DNA from: Candidatus Cloacimonadales bacterium
GTDB taxonomy: Bacteria > Cloacimonadota > Cloacimonadia > Cloacimonadales > JAFGVF01
Assembly (NCBI GenBank): GCA_963667035.1
Contig: OY762964.1
Coordinates: 896,001-960,000 of the forward strand
DNA: 64,000 bases
Reading direction: 5' to 3'
Shown: positions 41,983-51,838 of the stretch, one piece after another
How the letters are laid out: each line of letters begins with the position of its first letter
How positions within the stretch are numbered: the first letter of the stretch is position 1
The notes under the pieces: generated by a model
Database searches by the model: none
What the model was told of the DNA's origin: nothing
What the model saw: the letters and a program-made list of their open reading frames with translations, nothing else
Made by a program: the position numbers and the translations under genes

Positions 41983-42063
41983 ATTAAGTAATACTTAAAA
42001 AAGTTATTGACTACTTCTTTTCTGTAGGGTATAGCAAATATTATCAAAACATGAGGACAGTAA

Positions 42064-42930
42064 ATGGAAACTTTGAAATGTTTACAGAAAGCATTGAATT
42101 ACATTGAAGAGCATTTAGAAGAGAAGATTACTCTTGAGGATTTAGCTGATGTCGCTAATTACTCCCCTTGGCACTTTCATCGTTTGTTTAAGGCATACGT
42201 AGGAAAAGGTGTGGGTGAATATGTGCGTCTCAGGAAACTCTCAAAAGCCAGTTATGAGCTGGTGTTCACGGTAAGGCCAATCGTGGATATTGCTACTAAA
42301 TACTCTTTCGAATCTCAAGCAGCTTTTACCAGAGCATATCAAACATGCTTCGGTGTTACCCCGGGTAAAGCACGCCGAAGACTTAAAACTGTTCACAGTT
42401 TTGCACCTGTTAGATTAGACAATATCAAACTATTAAGAAGAGGAGAATCTCAAATGAAGACAAGGATAGTAGAAAGAGATGAGTTCACTGTTGTAGGTAA
42501 GGAATGTTTCTGTTCTCAAAACAATAATACAATCCCTCAGTTATGGTCCGAATTCAACAAAGACATGTGCAACATACCCGATATGAAGAATACTAACGAA
42601 GCTATAGGGGTTTGTCTCTGTGATGAAGAGCATGTTACTCCTGATACAGAGTTTAGATATATTGCCGGAATGGAAGTTAAGAAAGCTGATACTCTTCCTG
42701 AAGGTATGGTTTCATATACCGTTCAGGGAGGAAGGTTTCTTGTGGTTGAACATATCGGAGCATTAGATACTTTACCTCAAACTTATGACTATGCTTATAT
42801 GACTTGGTTTGCTGAGAATGAAAAGTATCAACCGGTTGGTAATCTTGATTTTGAATTGTATGGAGAGAAATATACTTTCGGTGCTGAAGACTCCATTATG
42901 GAAATCTGGATACCACTGAAAGAAAAATAG
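42064..42930 (+). CDS. AraC-family regulator with GyrI-like effector domain (Rob-like)
   Basis: YIEEHL...SPWHFHRLF...FESQAAFTRAY; C-terminal IPQLW, YIAG, DFELY, EIWIPL. Confidence 0.93.
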   Translation: METLKCLQKALNYIEEHLEEKITLEDLADVANYSPWHFHRLFKAYVGKGVGEYVRLRKLSKASYELVFTVRPIVDIATKYSFESQAAFTRAYQTCFGVTPGKARRRLKTVHSFAPVRLDNIKLLRRGESQMKTRIVERDEFTVVGKECFCSQNNNTIPQLWSEFNKDMCNIPDMKNTNEAIGVCLCDEEHVTPDTEFRYIAGMEVKKADTLPEGMVSYTVQGGRFLVVEHIGALDTLPQTYDYAYMTWFAENEKYQPVGNLDFELYGEKYTFGAEDSIMEIWIPLKEK

Positions 42931-42949
42931 AAATCAGCATTTTTATGCT

Positions 42950-42978
42950 ATAGCTCCTCTTTATGAGGAGCTATTTTT
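42950..42978 (+). terminator. Intrinsic terminator
   Basis: atagctcctc/gaggagctat followed by TTTT. Confidence 0.75.
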
Positions 42979-43198
42979 AATGTAGACGGGTTGCATAAGT
43001 TTCTGAAAGACAATAAATATTGATATGAATCCCTATTCGTGAGCTTTAAAAAGATGTAGCTAAATTTACTACTAATCCGGTTAACTTAGAGTAAAATTGC
43101 TTTAAACCCTCTTAGTTTCCTCATAAAACAATTGACAAAGATAGACTCCAATATAGTAATGATATGAAAGTACAAGCAAATCTACGGGAGGTATTGCT

Positions 43199-44233
43199 GT
43201 GAATAAATTGCGCTTTGGTCTTATTGGCTGTGGTCGTATCTCTAAGAATCATTTTGAATCTGTTAAACAAATTGAGACTGCAGAATTTGTAGCTTGTTGT
43301 GATATTATCCAATCAAGAGCTCAGGAAGCTGCAGAACAATACAATATTGCTAATTACTATACTGATTATCATGAGATGTTAAAAAAAGAGAAACTTGATG
43401 CAGTTAGTATTTGCACACCTAGTGGTATGCATCCTTTTATTGGAGCTGATGTAGCTGCTCATAAGGTAAATGTTATTACTGAGAAACCAATGGCTATTAA
43501 TGTGCATGATGCTGATCATCTCATTAAAGCATGTGATAAGTATGGAGTTCAACTGTTTGTTGTGAAACAGAATAGACTAAATACAACAATGCAGTTATTG
43601 AAGAAAGCTATTGATAAAAATCGTTTTGGCAGAATATTCATGGTACAATCAAATGTGTTCTGGCAAAGACCTCAAAACTATTATGATTCAGCAAAATGGA
43701 GAGGTACTTGGGAGTTTGACGGTGGTGCTTTCATGAATCAAGCGAGTCATTATATTGATGCTTTATACTGGTTGATTGGAAACGTTGAATCAGTAATGGC
43801 TGAAACCGGAACTCTAGCTAGAAATATTGAAGCTGAAGATACCGGAACAGCTATTTTAAAATTCCGTTCAGGTGTAATTGGAACAATCAATGTAACCATG
43901 CTTACATATCCTAAAAACTTTGAGGGTTCAATAACTATATTAGGTGAAAAAGGTACTGTTAAAATTGGTGGTGTTGCCATAAATCATGTCGAAAAATGGG
44001 AGTTTGCCGAGTATGATGATGACGATAAATTAATCACGGATAGTAATTACCAACCACCTAACATTTATGGATTTGGTCATATCCCTTATTATCAGAATGT
44101 TGCCGATGTTTTAACAGGTAAAGCAGAACCTAAAACTGATGGACGAGACGGTCGTAAATCGGTCGAGATAATTGAAGCAATCTACAAGTCTTCAAGAGAT
44201 AAAGTAAAAGTTAGCTTACCTTTGATATATTAA
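43199..44233 (+). CDS. Gfo/Idh/MocA oxidoreductase (WbpB/WlbA-like UDP-sugar 3-dehydrogenase)
   Basis: GCGRIS, TPSGMH, TEKPMA, WRGTWEFDGGAFMNQASH. Confidence 0.85.
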   Translation: MNKLRFGLIGCGRISKNHFESVKQIETAEFVACCDIIQSRAQEAAEQYNIANYYTDYHEMLKKEKLDAVSICTPSGMHPFIGADVAAHKVNVITEKPMAINVHDADHLIKACDKYGVQLFVVKQNRLNTTMQLLKKAIDKNRFGRIFMVQSNVFWQRPQNYYDSAKWRGTWEFDGGAFMNQASHYIDALYWLIGNVESVMAETGTLARNIEAEDTGTAILKFRSGVIGTINVTMLTYPKNFEGSITILGEKGTVKIGGVAINHVEKWEFAEYDDDDKLITDSNYQPPNIYGFGHIPYYQNVADVLTGKAEPKTDGRDGRKSVEIIEAIYKSSRDKVKVSLPLIY

Positions 44234-44236
44234 AAT

Positions 44237-45283
44237 ATGAGAAAAATTGTTACAGTTATAGGGGCTAGACCACAATTCGTTAAATCAGGCCCTTTATCCA
44301 AAGAGTTAAGAAAGAAATTTAAAGAGGTTATTGTCCACTCAGGACAACATTATGATGCGAATCTCTCAGATATTATATTAAGAGATATTGGCTCTCCCAA
44401 ACCGGATTACTTCTTAAAAACCGAGGGAGCTACACATGCTACTCAAACTGCTACTATTCTTAAAAATACAGAAGAAGTATTCTTAATAGAGAAACCGGAT
44501 GCAATACTTGTATTCGGAGATACTAACACAACTCTTGCCGCAGCTATAGCTGCTTCTAAACTTGGGATTAAGATTATCCATGTCGAAGCCGGTTTGAGAA
44601 GTTTTAATAAATCCATGCCGGAAGAGATTAACCGTATAGTCACTGACAGAATTTCTGATATATTGTTTGCTCCTACTATAATTGCATTTGAGCATTTGAG
44701 AAGAGAAGGACTTGCAGAAAACGCTTATATGACGGGTGATATTATGGTTGATAGCGTTAAAACTGTCAGCTCTATGGTAGATGAGTCTATCTTACATGAA
44801 TGGGATTTGCAGGCAGGTGATTATTACCTTCTGACATTACACAGACCTTACAATGTTGATAACAAAGAGAATTTGCTTAATATCCTTAATGACTTGGCAA
44901 AACTAGACTCGAAAGTTGTTTTCCCTGCCCATCCGAGAACTCAGAAAGTCTTAGGAGAAGAGAGATTACCTTCCAACGTTAAGCTTATTCAACCTCAAGG
45001 TTACGTAAAGTTTAACGGACTTCAAAAGTATGCAAAAAAGATAATCACTGATTCCGGAGGTGTGCAGAAAGAAGCATATCTTCATAATAAACCATGTATT
45101 ACTTTGAGAACTGAAACAGAATGGGTGGAAACGGTAGAGATAGGATGGAATCTGCTGTTACCACCGATAGAAGGAGATTTAGCTACCAAGATAAAGGCTT
45201 TCGAACCTCCTACTGAACATCCGAATCTCTATGGAACCGAGATTGCCAAAGGTATGGTAAAAATCCTTACTGAGACTATCTAA
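44237..45283 (+). CDS. wecB: Non-hydrolysing UDP-N-acetylglucosamine 2-epimerase (WecB/WbpI-like)
   Basis: GARPQFVK, HSGQHYD, GDTNTT, HVEAGLRS, PEEINR, TDSGGVQKEA. Confidence 0.9.
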   Translation: MRKIVTVIGARPQFVKSGPLSKELRKKFKEVIVHSGQHYDANLSDIILRDIGSPKPDYFLKTEGATHATQTATILKNTEEVFLIEKPDAILVFGDTNTTLAAAIAASKLGIKIIHVEAGLRSFNKSMPEEINRIVTDRISDILFAPTIIAFEHLRREGLAENAYMTGDIMVDSVKTVSSMVDESILHEWDLQAGDYYLLTLHRPYNVDNKENLLNILNDLAKLDSKVVFPAHPRTQKVLGEERLPSNVKLIQPQGYVKFNGLQKYAKKIITDSGGVQKEAYLHNKPCITLRTETEWVETVEIGWNLLLPPIEGDLATKIKAFEPPTEHPNLYGTEIAKGMVKILTETI

Positions 45284-46512
45284 TGTTATTCACTTCAGTT
45301 GTTTTCTTCCTGATAAACTGTATCCTTGATATCCTCTTTATCATAGCATTTCCACTATTGTCTCTTATCTTGAAACATCCTGCAAGTTTCGAACGACTTG
45401 CTTTGTGTCCTCCTGTGCTTAAAAAGCCTATTTGGATTCATGCTGCTTCGGTAGGAGAAGTAAATGCAATACTTCCTATGATAAAGGAATTGGAGAAAAC
45501 CGGAAGAGATATACTGATAACTACTACAAGTGTTACAGGATGGCAGAGAGTTAAAGAGTCTGATTTGAATGTTAGCAGACATCTTTTACCGTTGGATGTA
45601 AGAATTGTTATGAGTTCTTTCATCAGACGAATTGACCCTTGCATGATACTGATTGTTGAAACCGAGATATGGCCGAATTTACTCTATAGTGCAATCAGAA
45701 AACAAATTCCTGTCGGGTGGATAAATGCTCGAATATCCAAAGGAACATTGACAACATTTAAAACCTTATCATGCGTATTCAAACCTCTTTTTAAGAGAAT
45801 TACTTTTGTGAATGCTCAGACCGGTGTTGATAAGCATAGATTCAATAAAATAGGTTTCAGAAATGTACAAATAGCTGGTAACCTTAAGTTTTGTTTGAAT
45901 CTCCCAAGCTACAACTATGAACAGAGTAAATGTAAGTATGGAATCAAAGACCATGATTTTGTGATAGTATGGGGTAGCTCAAGACCAGGAGAAGAGAAGC
46001 TATTTGTTGATCTTATCCCTACTTTGAATAAAGCAATTCCAAATCTAAAGAATGTTATTGTCCCTCGACATCTAAATCGAATGGAAGAGATTACAAAGAT
46101 TATGGGACCAATCCCATTTGCTTTGTTCTCGAAAGACAAGTCGTGTAACTATACAAATGTTATTGTAGATAAAATGGGTGTATTAAACGAGCTTTACAGC
46201 GTTTGCAATATTGCTATAGTCGGCGGTAGTTTTACTGATTTCGGAGGACATAATCCTCTTGAACCTGCTTATTATAAAAAGCCAATAATAATTGGTCCTT
46301 TTCATAACTCCTGTAGGGGTTCAGTGAAAGCTTTAGCTAGAAAGAAAGCTATAGTCATCTCTGATTCCGATAAATTGCTTGATGATATAATCCGTCTTTA
46401 TAATGACAGAGAGTTGAGGGATTCAATGGGGGCAAATGCCAAGAAGACTTTGAATGAAAACTCAAATGCTTTAGATTACTCTGTTGATGCAGTTAAAGCA
46501 CTTATATGTTAG
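45283..46512 (+). CDS. waaA: 3-deoxy-D-manno-octulosonate (Kdo) transferase
   Basis: WIHAASVGEV, ETEIWPN, NARIS, GNLKF, VPRH, GGHNPLEPA. Confidence 0.93.
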   Translation: MLFTSVVFFLINCILDILFIIAFPLLSLILKHPASFERLALCPPVLKKPIWIHAASVGEVNAILPMIKELEKTGRDILITTTSVTGWQRVKESDLNVSRHLLPLDVRIVMSSFIRRIDPCMILIVETEIWPNLLYSAIRKQIPVGWINARISKGTLTTFKTLSCVFKPLFKRITFVNAQTGVDKHRFNKIGFRNVQIAGNLKFCLNLPSYNYEQSKCKYGIKDHDFVIVWGSSRPGEEKLFVDLIPTLNKAIPNLKNVIVPRHLNRMEEITKIMGPIPFALFSKDKSCNYTNVIVDKMGVLNELYSVCNIAIVGGSFTDFGGHNPLEPAYYKKPIIIGPFHNSCRGSVKALARKKAIVISDSDKLLDDIIRLYNDRELRDSMGANAKKTLNENSNALDYSVDAVKALIC

Positions 46513-47490
46513 ATGCAACAAGCTAAATATTTCAAGAAGCTTCATAACTCAAAAGTTCAATGCATTCTATGTCCTAATAATTGTATTATAAATCCAGATC
46601 AAGTAAGTAGTTGCTTAAGTCGAGTTAATGTTGATGGTAGCCTTTTCGTTCTTAACTATGGCAAGACATGCTCACTGGCAATTGACCCGATAGAGAAGAA
46701 ACCTCTTTATCATTTTCATCCGGGAAGCAGAATATTTTCCTTAGGACCAAACTCATGTAATCTACATTGTAGTTTTTGCCAGAATTACACTATAAGTCAG
46801 ATGCATGCTTCAACCAGAGATGTTTCACCTTCACAATTATTGGAGATATGCAAAGAAAGAAACGTCAAGTCAGTTGCGTTTACATATTCCGAACCAATAA
46901 CCTGGTTTGAGTTTATTATGGATACGGCTCCAATCATGAAAGACAATGGTATAAGTGTAGTCTTAGTCACTAATGGTTATATCAACTCTGAACCTTTACA
47001 TGAGTTACTTCCATATATTGATGCAATGAATATAGATTTGAAAAGTTTTAATAGTGAATTTTATAGTACAGTATGCGATGGAAGCATACGTCCTGTTCTG
47101 GAAACTATTGAAAGTTCTTACAGTTCAACCCATCTGGAACTGACTCATCTATTGATTCCCGACTTGAATGACAATTTGAATGAGTTTGAGTCTATGATAG
47201 ATTTTATTGCAGGAATCAACAAATCAATTCCACTCCATATATCTGCATATTTCCCTGCCTTCAAAATGGATAACAAGCGAACACCATCAAATCTAATCCT
47301 TGAGTATCAAGCTATTGCTAAAAATAAACTTGAGTATGTGTATTCGGGGAATATTGGAGCTGTCTCGGAAACTATTTGTCCTAATTGTGGAAAGCTACTG
47401 ATAAGAAGAGATGTGTTCGGTGTCAAATTAGAAGGAATCATCTCTAACAGATGTGTCAATTGCAATCATGAAATCTATGGAGAGTTTTAA
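46513..47490 (+). CDS. amrS: AmmeMemoRadiSam system radical SAM enzyme
   Basis: CILCP..C, DPIEKKPLYHFHPGS, CNLHCSFCQN, AFTYSEP, VTNGY, NIDLK. Confidence 0.9.
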   Translation: MQQAKYFKKLHNSKVQCILCPNNCIINPDQVSSCLSRVNVDGSLFVLNYGKTCSLAIDPIEKKPLYHFHPGSRIFSLGPNSCNLHCSFCQNYTISQMHASTRDVSPSQLLEICKERNVKSVAFTYSEPITWFEFIMDTAPIMKDNGISVVLVTNGYINSEPLHELLPYIDAMNIDLKSFNSEFYSTVCDGSIRPVLETIESSYSSTHLELTHLLIPDLNDNLNEFESMIDFIAGINKSIPLHISAYFPAFKMDNKRTPSNLILEYQAIAKNKLEYVYSGNIGAVSETICPNCGKLLIRRDVFGVKLEGIISNRCVNCNHEIYGEF

Positions 47491-47858
47491 TGCTCAGAAA
47501 GTATAAAAAGATGTTTACTTTAAGTGACACAGTATTAATAATTGTTATTATTGTAGTTGCAGTTACTGTCTTCTTTTATCAAAGACAGAGCTCATCCCTT
47601 ACAATCAGAGTTACTTATAAGGATAAGACTGTTGCCGAATTCTCCGGAATGGCAAAAGAGAGCTTTGTATTACCGGACGGACACGGGATAATAGAAGTTG
47701 ATCGGGGAAAGGCGAGAATCATTCATTCAGATTGCCATCTGCATATATGCGAAAAGCAGGGCTGGACATCATCTTTACCGATTGTATGTGCTCCCAATAG
47801 AGTTTTAGTGGAATTTATCAGAGCAAAGAAAGAGGACGATATCATCATTCTTCATTAA
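47490..47858 (+). CDS. NusG domain II-containing membrane protein
   Basis: N-terminal TM; SDC...IC...GW.....IVCAPNRV. Confidence 0.85.
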   Translation: MLRKYKKMFTLSDTVLIIVIIVVAVTVFFYQRQSSSLTIRVTYKDKTVAEFSGMAKESFVLPDGHGIIEVDRGKARIIHSDCHLHICEKQGWTSSLPIVCAPNRVLVEFIRAKKEDDIIILH

Positions 47859-47896
47859 TTACTTTCTCATCATAATTGCTGTTCAAGGAGGTATAT

Positions 47897-50173
47897 GTGA
47901 GAAAACCAATTCTTATAATCACCCTAGTAGTCTTATGTAGCTTCTGCTTTGCAGAAGGAGTTATGCCTATGGGTTCAGGTGGAGTTTCATCACCTTATCT
48001 TATCAGTTCTCTTGATAATCTTTTATGGCTTAGCACTAATCCTGAATATTGGGAAACGGATACTTACTTTAGACAAACAGCGGATATTGATGCATCGGCA
48101 ACTCAAAATTGGAATCAAGGAGAAGGATTTAATCCGATAGGCTGGCGTATCTATTTTGACTATTACCAAGCATTTCAGGGGAACTACGATGGTGATGGAC
48201 ATACAATAACCGGTCTATACATCCACAGACCAAGTGAGAATAGTATCGGTTTATTCGGTTATACATTTCAAGCAACAATAAGTGACCTTTATGTTACTTA
48301 TGCTAGTGTTACGGCTTATGACTACACGGGATCAATCGTTGGTTATGCTAAAGAGAGCATGTTAGAGTATTGCAGTTGTAGCGGAATAGTATCGGGGAAC
48401 GATATGATTGGAGGACTCGCCGGATTTGTTGAGAATAGCCTTTATACAGGACTTACAAGTGGGGCAGATGTAAGTGGAGTTGATTATATTGGAGGTCTCG
48501 TTGGTCGAGTCCAGAATTCAGTGTTCAGCTCAAGTAGTTCCGGAGGAAGTGTTAATGGTACAAATTACGTTGGAGGATGCTTTGGTTATGTAGAAGAATA
48601 CAGCTCTGTCTCATCGTGTAACTCAACAAGTGAAGTAAACGGAATTGATTATGTAGGTGGCTTTATTGGTGAGATTAGAGAACATTCATCAATAAGTGAT
48701 TCATTTACTAACGGAACTACTGTTGTGGGGGAGCATTATGTTGGAGGTTTTGCCGGAAGTATGAAGATAAACGGACAAGTTCGCGACTCATACTCAGAAA
48801 GAAATGTAGATGCCATTGGAAAATGTGGTGGCTTAATAGGAGATATTGAAGGAGTCGAGAATATAGAAAACAGTTTTTTCCCTTATGAACTGATTTCCAT
48901 TTCCTCCGTTCCTTGCAATAGAAGTGGAGCATTAAGAACAGAGTTATATGATACCTGGAAGGATAATAACCAATACCTTAGCCCGTTAAATTACTTCGCA
49001 AGTCAGGATAACGATTATCAAATATCCAATGCAGATGAGTTTCTCTTGCTTCAATACTTCGGACAGAGAAGTAACTACAGCTTCATTCTCACTGACAATA
49101 TTGATTTGCATGATTATGAAGATGAAGTCATACCAATATTTAAAGGAACATTAAACGGTATGGAGTACGCAATTACAAACTATAATATAGATTCAAGTTA
49201 CGACAGTTCCGGTCTGTTTGAAATTGTTAAAGGAGCTGTTGTAAAAGATGTATCAATTATTAATGCTAATGTTCAAGGGAACTCTGATTCAGGACTTCTT
49301 GGCGGAATCGTTATTGATTCTGAGATTTCTTTCTGTGAATGTAGCGGTACTTTAGAAGGGACATCTAATATAGGCGGTCTGGTAGGAAACATATATAATT
49401 CTACAATTCTCTGCTGTTCCTCTTTTGTGACAATTAACGGAGTGGATAGTGTGGGTGGATTAGTTGGTTTAGTTAATGCTAGATCTATAGTTGAGAACAG
49501 TTACACAAAGGGGATTGTAACGGGTAACGATGCTGTTGGGGGAGTGGTAGGGAGCATGATTTACAACTCATACTTAAACAATGTTTATTCTCTTGCTACG
49601 GTTCAAGGAAGTACAGATGTGGGAGGATTGGCAGGTTCTGCCAGAAACTCTGCTATATTTGATAATGTTTGGAATAATCAGATAGTTGCTTCTCCAATCG
49701 GTAGTTATTATAGTACTATAGTGAGTCATGTTGTTGAATCTGACAGCTTAAGTATGAGAGATGTAAACACATATTTAGATATTGATTGGGATTTCATTGG
49801 CGAAATAGATAATGGTGAAGATGATTACTGGGGTATTAGCCCTGTAGTCAATGATGGTTTCCCAATCATACAGGATGTTACAACTTCACTTGAGATTGAA
49901 GAAGTAGTTTCTATTGAACCAACGATTATTGTGTATCCTAATCCGTTTAACTCCTACACTGAGATAAATATCAAGTCATCTTCAGACAAGAATAGTCTAA
50001 TATGTATTTATAATATTAGAGGACAGAAGATTAAAGAACTGGCTATTAATGATGGCTTTGCCAAATGGGATGGAACAGACCAGTATAACAAGAAGTTGGC
50101 TTCAGGTATTTATCTAGTTAAATCCATGAACAAAGGCTATACTGCTAGTAAAAAGATCATGTTTGTGAAGTAA
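47897..50173 (+). CDS. Secreted GLUG-repeat protein with FlgD/T9SS-like C-terminal tail
   Basis: Signal peptide, repeated (Y/V)GGLVG motifs, YPNPFN...IYNIRGQKI...WDG...ASGIY; GGAGG RBS before GTG. Confidence 0.85.
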   Translation: MRKPILIITLVVLCSFCFAEGVMPMGSGGVSSPYLISSLDNLLWLSTNPEYWETDTYFRQTADIDASATQNWNQGEGFNPIGWRIYFDYYQAFQGNYDGDGHTITGLYIHRPSENSIGLFGYTFQATISDLYVTYASVTAYDYTGSIVGYAKESMLEYCSCSGIVSGNDMIGGLAGFVENSLYTGLTSGADVSGVDYIGGLVGRVQNSVFSSSSSGGSVNGTNYVGGCFGYVEEYSSVSSCNSTSEVNGIDYVGGFIGEIREHSSISDSFTNGTTVVGEHYVGGFAGSMKINGQVRDSYSERNVDAIGKCGGLIGDIEGVENIENSFFPYELISISSVPCNRSGALRTELYDTWKDNNQYLSPLNYFASQDNDYQISNADEFLLLQYFGQRSNYSFILTDNIDLHDYEDEVIPIFKGTLNGMEYAITNYNIDSSYDSSGLFEIVKGAVVKDVSIINANVQGNSDSGLLGGIVIDSEISFCECSGTLEGTSNIGGLVGNIYNSTILCCSSFVTINGVDSVGGLVGLVNARSIVENSYTKGIVTGNDAVGGVVGSMIYNSYLNNVYSLATVQGSTDVGGLAGSARNSAIFDNVWNNQIVASPIGSYYSTIVSHVVESDSLSMRDVNTYLDIDWDFIGEIDNGEDDYWGISPVVNDGFPIIQDVTTSLEIEEVVSIEPTIIVYPNPFNSYTEINIKSSSDKNSLICIYNIRGQKIKELAINDGFAKWDGTDQYNKKLASGIYLVKSMNKGYTASKKIMFVK

Positions 50174-50635
50174 GTGTTCTCCTTTACCATAAGCCAGAAG
50201 AGCTGTTCCTTACCTAAACCTTACATATTATCTCTATATTTTATTCTAAATTAAACTCTGCTGATTTGGTTAAAAATTATTAACTAATCAGCTCCTAAGT
50301 ATTAAGGCAGTTATTACTTAATATTGCTCAAATAGCATAAAGTTATCCACAACTTGTGACTAACTAACTGCTTTGAGTAAGAGAGCAGTATGAGTCTAGT
50401 AAGTGAGAAGTTAGAATTGAATGAGAGGAGTGTGGTATTACTATATATTAATTATAGTGTTTAATTGATAGAGATATCTTAGTTGAAAAAAGATTAAATG
50501 TTACTTGACTTATGAAGAGAACTTATGAGTATTAGTGATGAAGATGTATTTTCATGTAACTTAGAAAAATATTAGATTATATACGTCTATAAGGAAATGT
50601 CCATACGACTATTTTATGATACTAGAGGAGGGTAG

Positions 50636-51838
50636 ATGCAGAATCATCACAATGTTTCGAGACATTTAAAATACTTAAGACAATCATTATCACAAACGAA
50701 AAAACCTATTGGTTTTTTTGTCTCTGCAGGATGTCCATTATCAGTGAAAATGGATAAAGATAAATGGCCTTTGATATCTGATATGAAGAAATTAACAGTA
50801 GATATTCTAGAACAACTAAAAGATAACAAAGATTACACTAAACTGCTTGAAGAGCATGGAAAAACTGGTAAAACAAATGATAATATAGAAGATGTTTTGA
50901 GCTTTATAAGAAGCTTGAAGCAAGTCTCTAAAGGGGGTGAAGTAAGAGGATTCACCAACGAAGCTTTAAAAAGTCTTGAAAAAGAAGTATGTAAGATTAT
51001 AGTTAACAAAATGAATGTCAAGCTTCCAAACAATATGACACCATATCACAAACTAGCAAAATGGATTAGCACAATTGACCGAGAAGTCCCAGTAGAAATC
51101 TTTACAACAAATTATGATGTTCTAATGGAACAAGCTTTGGAGGAAATTGAAGTTCCATATTTTGATGGATTTGTAGGAACTATTAAGCCATTCTTTGATC
51201 TAAGATCTATTGAAGAGAATTTGATACCGAGTCATTGGACAAGATTATGGAAAGTACATGGTTCAATAAACTGGCATCAAAAGATGGGAGATAGTCAAAA
51301 CAATGTTTATCGTACTGGAATTGATGAAGAAAATGAATCTCATTTAATATATCCTTCTCATTTAAAATATGATCAAAGTAGAAAAATGCCTTATCTTGCC
51401 TTAATTGACCAGTTAAGTAGTTTCATTAAGCAAAAGTCATCGATTCTTATTATTGTTGGCTACTCATTTAATGATCAACACTTAAACAATATAATAATCA
51501 ATTCTCTTAAATCAAATCCTACAGCGATGGTCTTAGCTTTGTTATATGGTACTTTTAGCTATGAAGACAATGGCAACTTAGTACAAAGATATCCAAATGC
51601 GTACCAACACGCTATTAAGCAACATAATCTCAATGTTTGGACAGAGGATAGAGCAATTATAGGTACTGTTGAAGGGACATGGCATAACGAAGATGATATT
51701 GACTCTGAGTTCTCAGAGTTTATTGAAAAAATTGAAAAAGGGTCTGATGAACAAAATGTTTCAGTAAAAATAGGAGACTTTGAAATATTTTCAGATTACT
51801 TAGTATCATTAATTGGAGACAACATTGATGAAAAATAA
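50636..51838 (+). CDS. SIR2-family NADase (Sir2-HerA defence system)
   Basis: FFVSAGCP (GAG variant), FTTNYD, YFDGF, KVHGSINW, VGYSFNDQH. Confidence 0.9.
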   Translation: MQNHHNVSRHLKYLRQSLSQTKKPIGFFVSAGCPLSVKMDKDKWPLISDMKKLTVDILEQLKDNKDYTKLLEEHGKTGKTNDNIEDVLSFIRSLKQVSKGGEVRGFTNEALKSLEKEVCKIIVNKMNVKLPNNMTPYHKLAKWISTIDREVPVEIFTTNYDVLMEQALEEIEVPYFDGFVGTIKPFFDLRSIEENLIPSHWTRLWKVHGSINWHQKMGDSQNNVYRTGIDEENESHLIYPSHLKYDQSRKMPYLALIDQLSSFIKQKSSILIIVGYSFNDQHLNNIIINSLKSNPTAMVLALLYGTFSYEDNGNLVQRYPNAYQHAIKQHNLNVWTEDRAIIGTVEGTWHNEDDIDSEFSEFIEKIEKGSDEQNVSVKIGDFEIFSDYLVSLIGDNIDEK

